Shown here piece by piece: positions 11,076-20,295 of a stretch of DNA of 64,000 nt. Within the stretch, counting starts at the first letter, position 1. Each line of letters begins with the position of its first letter. The DNA is from an uncultured Candidatus Saccharibacteria bacterium (GTDB lineage Bacteria > Patescibacteriota > WWE3 > UBA101185 > UBA10185): positions 10,525-74,524 of the forward strand of contig CAYLVW010000004.1 of NCBI GenBank assembly GCA_964387275.1, in the 5' to 3' direction. The notes under the pieces were generated by a model. The model ran no database searches and was not told where the DNA came from. It was given only the letters and a program-made list of their open reading frames with translations. The position numbers and the translations under genes were made by a program.

Positions 11076-12332
11076 ATGAACAAAATATGGTTAGTTACTG
11101 TCATAACAATTCTCATATTTATTATGCAAAATAATAAGGTATTCGCACAAGAGAAAGCTACTTGGTGGGATATTCAGTCAATTGATACTATGAAGCTCTC
11201 TAGGGATTTAGCTAGGGAAAAAGCCTCTGATCCTAAATACGACATCATCATTGATAATTTATTAGCAGGAATTTCTTCTGCGGGGGCTACTCATGTTGCA
11301 ATTGCAACCCCCTACGATGAAGAGTTTATACCCTATATGCGTAGATGGGTTACATATGCTCGTAAGCATAAACTTCATGTATGGTTTAGAGGAAATTTTT
11401 CAGGTTGGGAGCAATGGTTTGGGTATCAAAAAATTTCAAAGGAAGAGCATCTAAAATTAACCAGCGAGTTTATCAGAAATCATTCGGATCTTTTTTCTGA
11501 GGGTGATATTTTCTCTTCTTGCCCTGAGTGTGAAAATGGAGCTCTAGGTGATCCCAGACACAATGGCAGGGTAGAAGAATACAAGCAATTTTTGTTGGAT
11601 CAGTATCAGGTTTCCACTGAGGCATTTAAAGCAATAAACAAGAAAGTACCTGCTAACTATTTTTCCATGAATGGGGATGTTGCGAGACTTATAATGGACA
11701 AAGAATATACTAGAAAGCTTGGTGGGATTGTTGTAATAGATCACTATGTTAAAACTCCAGCTGATTTAAACGAAGATATAAATGAGTACGCTAGGATATC
11801 AGGAGGTAAAGTTGTACTTGGGGAGTTTGGGGCACCCATACCTGATATTAACGGAGATTTCTCGGATTCAGATCAAGTTATCTGGATGAAGGAGACTATG
11901 CAGCTTCTTGTAGGCAACGAAAATTTAGTAGGTGTGAATTATTGGACTAGTGTCGGTAGTTCTACTGCACTTTGGGAGGATGATTTTTCTGAGAAGCCCG
12001 CATTATCCGAGTTAAAGACTTACTTAATTCCCTCTTTCGCTGAAATTAGATTTTTAAATGATCTATCTCATGGAATAGAGGATGTAAGACTTGTTATTAA
12101 TGGTAGACCCTATAAGTCTGATGAGAAAGGTGTCATGGAGATTAAGTATTTTAATCATAATTCAACAACTGTTGCTTCCCATTCAAAATACTTAGATTTT
12201 CAAATAGATTTAGAAGACGTTTCAACTGATCTACCTAATGAAGTTTACCTTACAAAAACTGATGTGACGCTGTTAGATAAAATTATCAAGATAATTTTTG
12301 ATATATATCTAACAATAACTGCCAAATTCTAA
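11076..12332 (+). CDS. Secreted glycoside-hydrolase-like TIM-barrel protein (clan GH-A-like)
   Basis: Signal peptide ending VFA-Q; candidate catalytic glutamates in PECE and LGEFG; NYW motif. Start moved to ATG 11076. Confidence 0.5.
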   Translation: MNKIWLVTVITILIFIMQNNKVFAQEKATWWDIQSIDTMKLSRDLAREKASDPKYDIIIDNLLAGISSAGATHVAIATPYDEEFIPYMRRWVTYARKHKLHVWFRGNFSGWEQWFGYQKISKEEHLKLTSEFIRNHSDLFSEGDIFSSCPECENGALGDPRHNGRVEEYKQFLLDQYQVSTEAFKAINKKVPANYFSMNGDVARLIMDKEYTRKLGGIVVIDHYVKTPADLNEDINEYARISGGKVVLGEFGAPIPDINGDFSDSDQVIWMKETMQLLVGNENLVGVNYWTSVGSSTALWEDDFSEKPALSELKTYLIPSFAEIRFLNDLSHGIEDVRLVINGRPYKSDEKGVMEIKYFNHNSTTVASHSKYLDFQIDLEDVSTDLPNEVYLTKTDVTLLDKIIKIIFDIYLTITAKF

Positions 12333-12424
12333 ATTGTTTGAATCTACCCTCTAGTATTGAAAAATCGCATATTTTGTGATAAGATCCGCCCATACTAGCT
12401 CCTGCCTATAGTATTTTAAAAAAT

Positions 12425-13063
12425 ATGAATAGCAGGAAATTTAAATTAATAATTAAGAGTTTTATAGTTTTATTGTCACTTGTTTTATTTGGGTTATCCT
12501 ATATCACCTTAGCGGCAGTGCGCGTAACCACCCCTTCTTTTCCTTCTTGTACGAAACCCCAAGGAGTTATAAAAGTAAGTTATAAAAACGGTACTCACGG
12601 TATCCCGGGAAATTATTCTACTTTTACAGGAGAGGATACTGTTTATACACTATCCGAAGATACACTTACTCAATGTTTTTGTAGCGAGGATGAAAAAGGA
12701 ATTCAAACAAATTGGTGGAAGGTATCTAGTTTAAATATCGAGGAAATTGATTATCTTAAAAATCTTGGGTGGATTTATATTCCAAATGGAGCTGATTGGG
12801 GCCTTGAAGAATCTCCTTACATGGCTAAAAATTCTACATTTAGCTGCCAAGAAGATAAAGATGGGGGTTCTGACACTTCTGAGGATGGGGATGATGATAG
12901 CGAAGGCGATGTATTAGGCGCTCAATTAGGAGCTGGGACTTGGGTTAGTGATGTTCTTGGGCTTGCTGCAACAGGAGATGCTCCAATAGTTTGGGCACTA
13001 GGGATTTCAGCTTTGTTATTTACAATTGCAGGTGTGTTTACACTGGTAAAAAATAAAAGATAG
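12425..13063 (+). CDS. Surface protein with sortase-type C-terminal sorting signal (LAATG)
   Basis: Signal peptide, Cys-containing domain, acidic linker, then LAATG + hydrophobic helix + KNKR; sortase gene starts 6 bp after the stop. Confidence 0.7.
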   Translation: MNSRKFKLIIKSFIVLLSLVLFGLSYITLAAVRVTTPSFPSCTKPQGVIKVSYKNGTHGIPGNYSTFTGEDTVYTLSEDTLTQCFCSEDEKGIQTNWWKVSSLNIEEIDYLKNLGWIYIPNGADWGLEESPYMAKNSTFSCQEDKDGGSDTSEDGDDDSEGDVLGAQLGAGTWVSDVLGLAATGDAPIVWALGISALLFTIAGVFTLVKNKR

Positions 13064-13069
13064 GCTGAT

Positions 13070-13597
13070 ATGAAGGCGTTATTAGGATTTGTATTTTTGT
13101 TGGTCGGAATTTTTTTATTTGCTAGTTTATACAGAGTTTTAGCTTTATCCAGATCGCCTGTTTTGCCAAATTCTATATTGCAAAATAATTCTTCAAATCA
13201 AAAACTGTTTCCAATAAATATTGAGATTTTATCTCAAAATCTTTATTTACCTGTGAATAATGTTTCAGTAACTAATGGTAATTGGGAAGATACAAAAAAT
13301 TCTGTGGGGTATGTTTTAGAATCGCCAATACCAGGTACTGAGGGAAATTCAATTTTTTATGCACATAATAGACCAAATCTTTTTGGGAAACTGAAGTACT
13401 TAAAAAAGACCGATAAGGTGAGTGTGATCTTCTCCAACGGTACTGCTAAAGATTTTTATGTAACAAGAGTTTTTGAGGTTACAAAAGACCAAACCCATAT
13501 ACTTACCAAAACAGACAATCCTACAATAACTTTATATACTTGTTCGGGGTTCTTGGATAGTAAGAGGTTAATAGTAATAGCAGAGCCTGTTTTGTAA
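13070..13597 (+). CDS. Sortase
   Basis: N-terminal anchor; YAHN, TLYTC and KRLIV give the His/Cys/Arg triad. Confidence 0.88.
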   Translation: MKALLGFVFLLVGIFLFASLYRVLALSRSPVLPNSILQNNSSNQKLFPINIEILSQNLYLPVNNVSVTNGNWEDTKNSVGYVLESPIPGTEGNSIFYAHNRPNLFGKLKYLKKTDKVSVIFSNGTAKDFYVTRVFEVTKDQTHILTKTDNPTITLYTCSGFLDSKRLIVIAEPVL

Positions 13598-13616
13598 TTG
13601 TGGTAGTATTTAGTGT

Positions 13617-13895
13617 ATGTTAAATCAGTTTTTAATTGGTATAGCTTATGCTCAAACTAACCCTAGTACTGATGAAGATTTAAATCTGGTTACTTTTTTA
13701 GTAATAGGATTTGGCTTATTTTTTGTAGTAGCTTCCTTCTATTATCAAAAAAAACTAGACGCAAAGTTAAAAGAAAAATTAAATAGTTCTTATAAAATAG
13801 ATGAGAGGAAATTACGTCAGCCTGTAGAATCATTTAATGTTGAATCCTATGTCCCAGAAAATCCAACCACTCCAAACACCCCAACAAAATATTAA
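13617..13895 (+). CDS. Small single-TM hypothetical protein
   Basis: One TM helix; extended -10 (TGgTAGTAT) 7 nt before the ATG. Confidence 0.6.
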   Translation: MLNQFLIGIAYAQTNPSTDEDLNLVTFLVIGFGLFFVVASFYYQKKLDAKLKEKLNSSYKIDERKLRQPVESFNVESYVPENPTTPNTPTKY

Positions 13896-14595
13896 GCGCC
13901 TCCAGCTATATTTGCGTGATGCATTGGGTATATCAAGGAGAGCCTCCGAAGATTTAATTAGAGAAAAAAGAATTCATATCAATAACAAAATTGCAGAACT
14001 TGGCGATAAAGTTATTCCTGCAGACATTATAACCAAAGATGGGAGATTAGTGCAGACTAATGTACTTTTAACACCTAGGATATATCTTGCTTTAAATAAG
14101 CCAAAACGGTTTCTCACTGCCAGAAAAGATCCATTTAACAGACCTACGGTCTACAATTTACTTCCTTCTAAGTACTTAAACCTATTTCCAGTTGGTAGGT
14201 TAGATTTTAATACAGAAGGTCTACTCATTCTTACAAACGATGGGGACCTTACGCTTAGATTAACGCATCCAAAGTATCAAGTAGAAAAAGAATACCATGT
14301 GGAATTGAATAAGGGTTTTGATCCAAAGCTTATTAGTTATTGTAAAACAGGAATTTCTAACAGAGAAATAACAACCGGCCCGATTCATATAACAATTTCA
14401 ACAGCACCTAATATACTAGATGTCGTTATTTCTGAAGGACAGAATCGTGAAGTTCGTAGGATTTTTAAAAGCTTTGGTTATAAAGTCATGTCACTAAGAA
14501 GAACCCGTATATCTAGGCTTACGCTTACTGAACTTAATATCAAAGCCGGTGAGTACAAGATTCTAAGTAAGTTGGAGTTGAGTAAGATAGACTAA
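13849..14595 (+). CDS. rRNA pseudouridine synthase, RsuA/RluB family
   Basis: S4 domain (SRRASEDLI), LNKP, VGRLDFNTEGLLILTNDG and EGQNREVRR. Start uncertain (13837 or 13849). Confidence 0.9.
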   Translation: MSQKIQPLQTPQQNIKRLQLYLRDALGISRRASEDLIREKRIHINNKIAELGDKVIPADIITKDGRLVQTNVLLTPRIYLALNKPKRFLTARKDPFNRPTVYNLLPSKYLNLFPVGRLDFNTEGLLILTNDGDLTLRLTHPKYQVEKEYHVELNKGFDPKLISYCKTGISNREITTGPIHITISTAPNILDVVISEGQNREVRRIFKSFGYKVMSLRRTRISRLTLTELNIKAGEYKILSKLELSKID

Positions 14596-17500
14596 GGAGA
14601 GCCTGTTTGAGGACCGAACCTAACAGCCCCACCATTCATCACTGTCTTGATCTGTGCTGCCGTTAGTGGATATCTGTAGAGTCTCACATCATCTATAAGA
14701 CCGCTAAACCATTGTGCGCTTGTATCCGAGGTAGCTCCAACTCTAAACGGATCTGTAGAGTTAGTACCCATTGCAGAACCCAAAACACTACTGTTCTCAC
14801 GATTACCATTTACATATATTTCTATTGTTGAGGTTGTAGAGTTGTAAACACCTGCAAGATGATACCAAGTGCTATTTGATAGCGCCGTTGTAGCTGTGGT
14901 TCCGTTATACCCTGTAGTTATACCTAACCCAAACTGTGGTCTGGTTGTAGTGCCATTCCCTACTGTTAGTTGAAAACCCTGTGTACTTCGAGATGTGCCA
15001 TTCCATTTTGAAGCTAACGTGTAGTATGAGGTTCCTGTACTTATGTCTGGGTTTACCCATCCCATAATTGAAAAAGAATCATTAAATTCTAAGGCGCTGG
15101 TAGTTGCAGTTGTTACATAATCATTGGTCCCATCAAAATCTAAGGAGCTATTGAATTTTCCTGTGGTGCCATTATTCCACATTTCTGTAGAAGTCCCAGA
15201 ACCACAACTACCTGTAGTTGTATTACCAGATGCTCCTGGGGTTAGTGTTCCATTAAGACCCATTGCAGTGCCATTTGAATTTAATACCGAGTTGTATGCA
15301 GTAGCACCAGAGCACTCATCAAACTTGTACCAAACAACAGGAGCTCCCCGACTGTAAATATAATTTATTTGAGCTGCGGTTAGAGCTTGGTCGTATACCC
15401 TAACATCATCTATCGTGCCACTAAATGCTTCAGAGTTTATGTCACCTCCTATGACAACATTGTCTGAACTAGTGGTTGTTGCACTTGAACCTGTTCCTCC
15501 GATCCAGGATCCCGCGACTCTCTGACCATTAATATACATAGTAGCAGAAGAAGCTGTACCGTATGTATATGTGAAAGCTACATGTTGCCACTGCCCTTCA
15601 AACGCTGATGTAAGATCTCCAGTAGAGTATGTATGGTCTCCAGCTCCTGCATCTTCATACCCAAATCTTATATATACACCTGTATCATGCCTAACATAGA
15701 GGAAGTAGTTTAGTGTAGCAAAACCAGGCTCACCTTTACCCACTATGGGGAGGCCTGTCCAAAATTCTGGATTCACTATATTAACCCAAGCTGATGTAGT
15801 TATCGCTGTGGTGGGTCTTAGGCCTGTGTTATCTGAAATATTTATATCCCCGACATTATCAATGTCAAAATATAGGGCACTACCAATCTTACCAGGTCTC
15901 CAGGTTGCGGCTGTTATAGTCCCATCATTACTGTTATCTGAGCTATCACTTGAAGTTGTACCTGTATTATCATCCATTTTATGCCACAGTATTGGGTCTG
16001 GAAGATTAAATCCTTCTTCAGATTGGTCATTTACCCCTCCTAAAGATGCCGCTGAGTTATAGTTCATGTCAATTATGATTTCATTGTTTGTAAGTGCTGA
16101 TCTGTAAATTTTTATATCGTCAAGATCTCCACCGAACTCGTCACTGCCGTTTGATCCATTGGAATCCCCTATGTACAGGGTGTCATTATTCTCAAGTGTT
16201 CCGGTTGCTGAGATTGAGGTATCTGCGGTGCCCACTTCCCTGCCATCCAAGAAAAGTCTTAGGCTTGAAGTGCCTGTTTTAACAGCTGCAAAATGGTGCC
16301 AACTCCCATCATCATAAGTAGCAAGTGTGGAAGTTACAGAGTCTTCAGGAAACGATGTGTTTTCATCATCAATACCAAAGCTGATGTCGCCGTCAGATTC
16401 CATCTGGATCCTATACCCTCCATCTCCTCCAGTTGATTCAAATTTTTGGAGAATTACCTCTGCAGCAGATGTTGCTGCTCTGTTAAACCATCCCGTAATA
16501 GTAAAATCATCTGATGCTACAAAATCAAAATCAGCATCATCTGCAATTGATAGCCATCTAGATCCGTCCCCATCCCATGCTCCTCCATATTTGCCGGTAG
16601 TTATCCATGCAGCTGTTGATAGTGTGAGATCATTGTTATTTAAAGTAGAATCTTGGGCAGTTGTACCAGTTAAGTCGTCGAATTTCCATCTTGCTACATA
16701 GGAATCAACAGGCGAACCTCCTGCAGGATGTCCCCCATTCATATCTTCCAGAATTTGTTTTTGGGAACGCACATAGTTGTAAATTCTTACGTCGTCCATA
16801 TAGCCATTGTAGTAATCATGTCCGTCGTACGTTATATCTAGTTTTGGGGCGTAAGATGCATTCCCATCATATGAGTAGTATTCTTGCCATTCGCCCAATG
16901 TAGTGTCTTCATGGGTATCAAGTATAATAACCATATCATTACCACTGTTCCAACCAGATCTATCAACAATTTCTTGCACAACATCTGGTAGTGACACCGA
17001 CTCTTCAACATCTGTTGTGGTTCCTGATTGATCCCAAACTACATATTCTGTAGTTCGTGGTCTTCTTACGGAAGACAAGTTTTGAGTAAATGGGGAGTCT
17101 GTGATTGTATTTGCATCATCTGTATCATGTCCACTTACATAATAGCTCACATTTATCCCACCTGGGTCCCAACCTGAGGAAGATCTTAGAGTAAGTGTTG
17201 CAGCACTAATAGTAGCACCTCTTGGAACAGTCACATTAGTGAATCGGAACCCAGCACTATACTCGTCGTTATTATTGTGTGACCCCGGAGCAAGCGCTGT
17301 AGCATTTTCAATTATGGATGCGTCTCCTGGTACATACCTACCGGCATCGTTAGCATTACTATTTTGATCACCATCATCGGTACTTGAATTGACCTGCAAG
17401 TTAACTGTGCCACCAGTTGACGGAGCCTCTCCTATGGATAGAACATCCGTGTTATCTGTGATTGAGCTAGGTATAGTGCCGGTTACTGTTGTTGCATAAG

Positions 17501-19838
17501 GAACCCCGTTTATATAAATAGATACGGTAGCAGCAGCTGAGTCATAATTCGCTTGCAGATGGTACCAAGTACCTACTTGAAGATTGGCTGCATTAGTGGT
17601 CACATAGTTTGCAGTCGAATTTATATACATTCTTATTTCATCTCCGTACAGCACTAATTTATAAGACATAACAGCAGATGTTTGTTTTGTTACCAGCGGG
17701 AAGATAGTTGCTGCTGTTGTTAGCTCCGGTTTGAACCATGTGCTGATAGACATATCCCTAGTTATAGATAAGGATGTTGAATCAGCGGCAGTTACGGATT
17801 GATTTGCAGTTCCTTGTAACCATAATGCTTGACCAAACTTACCTGGTACCCAGTTGTTTTGCGTCAAATCATGCATTGTTCCAGTATTAGAGTTTCCAGA
17901 ATGGTCACTTACAGTGCTTGTACCAGAATTTTCATCTAGCTTCCAGTATCCTACTGGGTCTGGTCCAAAATTATACAGTGATTGAATTTCATATCCTTCA
18001 AGTGCTCTACTGTACATTCTGAATTCGTCTTGGGTGAAATTACCAGCATGAGAACTGTCTCCATTGATATTTACTGCCCCACCACTGTTTAGAGTCCCTG
18101 TAAAGGAATTATTTGTTGCTATCGGTTTGCCGTCAACATAAAGGACAACCTGGTGTCCTTTTACTGTGAAAGCAACATGATACCAGCGACCGGAAACCAG
18201 GTTCATTGCGGTTTCTGCAGTTACATTACCTCCTAGATTATCATAAACTTTTATTGATGGTCCTTCTGCCCAGCCACTATAACCAAACTCAAATTGCCAT
18301 GACCCTCTATTTGCAAAGTGATACCATGCATCTGTCATTGGGTTTGTATAATTTTGGTTTGGTTTTATCCATGTTGCTACTGTCAACTCGTTTGAAATCT
18401 GATCCAGTGAACTTGAATCTGATATTACTGCTGTTTGTGTTGCAGCATTTATGCTTAGACCACTTCCATACTTCCCTATTGTCCATGTGGGGGAGCCGGT
18501 TAGTGACGCGTTGTTTCCGTTTCCTGATTGGTCAGTTACCGTGCTTCCAGACCCATCCTCGAATTTCAGATAGCTTACAAGCCCTTGTGATAAGTATGAG
18601 TTACTAGCCACAGAAGATCCGAAGTTTGTTGAGTTGGTACGTATAGCACTTCTTGATGGTATGTCATTTTTTATTTGATCTAATGTTTTTGCGAAAGGGT
18701 AGTATTTTATTTCGTCTATCCAACCATCCCAGTATCCAGAAGTTCCATCTAAATCTACGCCCACCCTTATTGTTGGTGTAGACCCACTTATGCTATTTGA
18801 AGTAATACTGGTATCTTGTGCTCCCAGCTCACCATTAACATAAACGTTAATACTACTCGTACCATTTTTAACAATTGTTAGGAAATTCCATTTGTTATTG
18901 TTATAGCTACTTGTTGTGCATGCCGAATCAAGTGGAAATGCCCCTGCTACATCATCTATTGCAAAGCAAATATTTCCCGATGAGTTCATATATACTTTGT
19001 ATCCTACCTCTGATCCTGCTGTACCACTTACTCTTGTAATTAGCATGTCAGATCCGCTTATTGCATAGACATGTTTGAACCACATTGAGATTGAGAAGCT
19101 TAGTGTACTTGGAATTAACTCAATATCTCCAGCATCATAGATTCTTGAGGCATCGCCTGTGGTTCCATTGTATCTAAGACATCTTCCTGATATACACATA
19201 TCTGATGTGTCCCATGAAGTACCCGTGAGAGTTAAAGTATTTCTGCCTGAAGTTGAGTCGTTTGCAGATGTACCTGCGCCCTCATCAAATTTCCAATAAG
19301 AGACTGGGGTTAGAGAATTTTCTTCTGTTGATGAACTATTACCTCCTGATGGAGATAGCAGTGTAACGCCTGAGACATCCTGGCTACCACTTGTAGCTGT
19401 GGGATTGCCATAGTAGAAATAAATAACATTGCTTCCATTATTTGTAGTAGGTATTACAACACTATATGCAGTAGTAGTGCTATTGCATGTACCTGTAAGT
19501 TGATATCTTAATATCGTTCCTCTTCCATCTGTAAATCTTGAATCGTCACAATCTGATTGCATCCTCAGATTTGCTATAGGGTCTTGGGTATTTAGGGTGA
19601 TGGATACCCGTCTTTCTGAAGTTATATCTGCATTATGGATAAAAGTATATTTAACTCTGTATGAATATGTGTCATCAAACCACGCTGCCTCTACCTTTTT
19701 AACAGACAGCTTAATAAATAGACCAACTGCGCCAACAAGTACCATAATTGTTAGCATCGTTATACCAAACTTTTTATATATTGATATCTTGTGTGTAGTC
19801 TTTTTTTGTTTAAAAAAAAGGTCAAAAAGTAAGGGCAT
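14592..19838 (-). CDS. Giant membrane-anchored surface protein: DUF2341-like N-domain plus six LamG/concanavalin-like domains
   Basis: N-terminal TM; YFYYGNP motif; six repeats running from W/L-K-F/L/M-D/E to a DD/E-x-R/K-x-Y end motif; rich in Thr/Ser/Gly/Asp. Confidence 0.85.
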   Translation of the reverse strand: MPLLFDLFFKQKKTTHKISIYKKFGITMLTIMVLVGAVGLFIKLSVKKVEAAWFDDTYSYRVKYTFIHNADITSERRVSITLNTQDPIANLRMQSDCDDSRFTDGRGTILRYQLTGTCNSTTTAYSVVIPTTNNGSNVIYFYYGNPTATSGSQDVSGVTLLSPSGGNSSSTEENSLTPVSYWKFDEGAGTSANDSTSGRNTLTLTGTSWDTSDMCISGRCLRYNGTTGDASRIYDAGDIELIPSTLSFSISMWFKHVYAISGSDMLITRVSGTAGSEVGYKVYMNSSGNICFAIDDVAGAFPLDSACTTSSYNNNKWNFLTIVKNGTSSINVYVNGELGAQDTSITSNSISGSTPTIRVGVDLDGTSGYWDGWIDEIKYYPFAKTLDQIKNDIPSRSAIRTNSTNFGSSVASNSYLSQGLVSYLKFEDGSGSTVTDQSGNGNNASLTGSPTWTIGKYGSGLSINAATQTAVISDSSSLDQISNELTVATWIKPNQNYTNPMTDAWYHFANRGSWQFEFGYSGWAEGPSIKVYDNLGGNVTAETAMNLVSGRWYHVAFTVKGHQVVLYVDGKPIATNNSFTGTLNSGGAVNINGDSSHAGNFTQDEFRMYSRALEGYEIQSLYNFGPDPVGYWKLDENSGTSTVSDHSGNSNTGTMHDLTQNNWVPGKFGQALWLQGTANQSVTAADSTSLSITRDMSISTWFKPELTTAATIFPLVTKQTSAVMSYKLVLYGDEIRMYINSTANYVTTNAANLQVGTWYHLQANYDSAAATVSIYINGVPYATTVTGTIPSSITDNTDVLSIGEAPSTGGTVNLQVNSSTDDGDQNSNANDAGRYVPGDASIIENATALAPGSHNNNDEYSAGFRFTNVTVPRGATISAATLTLRSSSGWDPGGINVSYYVSGHDTDDANTITDSPFTQNLSSVRRPRTTEYVVWDQSGTTTDVEESVSLPDVVQEIVDRSGWNSGNDMVIILDTHEDTTLGEWQEYYSYDGNASYAPKLDITYDGHDYYNGYMDDVRIYNYVRSQKQILEDMNGGHPAGGSPVDSYVARWKFDDLTGTTAQDSTLNNNDLTLSTAAWITTGKYGGAWDGDGSRWLSIADDADFDFVASDDFTITGWFNRAATSAAEVILQKFESTGGDGGYRIQMESDGDISFGIDDENTSFPEDSVTSTLATYDDGSWHHFAAVKTGTSSLRLFLDGREVGTADTSISATGTLENNDTLYIGDSNGSNGSDEFGGDLDDIKIYRSALTNNEIIIDMNYNSAASLGGVNDQSEEGFNLPDPILWHKMDDNTGTTSSDSSDNSNDGTITAATWRPGKIGSALYFDIDNVGDINISDNTGLRPTTAITTSAWVNIVNPEFWTGLPIVGKGEPGFATLNYFLYVRHDTGVYIRFGYEDAGAGDHTYSTGDLTSAFEGQWQHVAFTYTYGTASSATMYINGQRVAGSWIGGTGSSATTTSSDNVVIGGDINSEAFSGTIDDVRVYDQALTAAQINYIYSRGAPVVWYKFDECSGATAYNSVLNSNGTAMGLNGTLTPGASGNTTTGSCGSGTSTEMWNNGTTGKFNSSLDFDGTNDYVTTATTSALEFNDSFSIMGWVNPDISTGTSYYTLASKWNGTSRSTQGFQLTVGNGTTTRPQFGLGITTGYNGTTATTALSNSTWYHLAGVYNSTTSTIEIYVNGNRENSSVLGSAMGTNSTDPFRVGATSDTSAQWFSGLIDDVRLYRYPLTAAQIKTVMNGGAVRFGPQTGSP

Positions 19839-20085
19839 TATGTTGTTATTCTAATAAAATTTTGTGATTCTAACAACACATTTATCTTATATTTATAGAT
19901 GTTACTTGCTAGATTTGAAACCTAAAATCCGTTATATAGTTTAAGTCGTTTGTTGTGGGTTAACTGAGAGCGTTTTATTTAAATCTGTTTGCGTTTGTTT
20001 TTTGGGTAAAGTAAAAACAAAACTCGGAGAGTAAGCTTAGAAATATAGGCAGTATAAGATCTTTATTTAATTTTAAATATTGAAA

Positions 20086-20283
20086 TATTTGGTGTAATGA
20101 GAAATTGCAACGAATGTTACTATTACCGAGCGAATGCGAGGTAATTGCAACGAATGTTACTACGAAGTAGCAACGAATGTTACTATTACCGAGCGAATGC
20201 GAGGTAATTGCAACGAATGTTACTATTTCGAGTGTAACGAGAAATTGCAACGAATGTTACTACGAAGTAGCAACGAATGTTAC
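20086..20283. repeat. Array of six identical 14-bp cores (GCAACGAATGTTAC) separated by reused hairpin spacers
   Basis: Cores start at 20107, 20147, 20170, 20210, 20247 and 20270; spacers are 26, 9, 26, 23 and 9 bp (A,B,A,C,B); a degenerate C-like spacer lies at 20086-20106. Confidence 0.95.
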
Positions 20284-20295
20284 AATAATGTCACT

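Noticed and set aside
13850-13900. Abrupt A/C-rich patch resembling the right flank of the hairpin elements
   Set aside because: I find no GC-rich stem there, and it can be explained by the overlapping Pro/Thr/Gln-rich coding ends.
15124-19854. Plus-strand ORFs inside the LamG gene, and other short antisense ORFs in the track
   Set aside because: Shadow frames of well-supported genes, with no motifs or start signals.
20107-20283. CRISPR array or integron attC interpretation of the repeat
   Set aside because: The repeat is only 14 bp, the spacers are 9-26 bp, reused and self-complementary, and there is no cas or integrase gene. There is no RYYYAAC...GTTRRRY cassette organisation.
19975-20295. 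ORF 19975..20250(-) and the N-terminal extension of ORF 20134
   Set aside because: Both are translations of the DNA repeat (CNECY / VTFVAIT repeats); the ABC ATPase begins at 20296.
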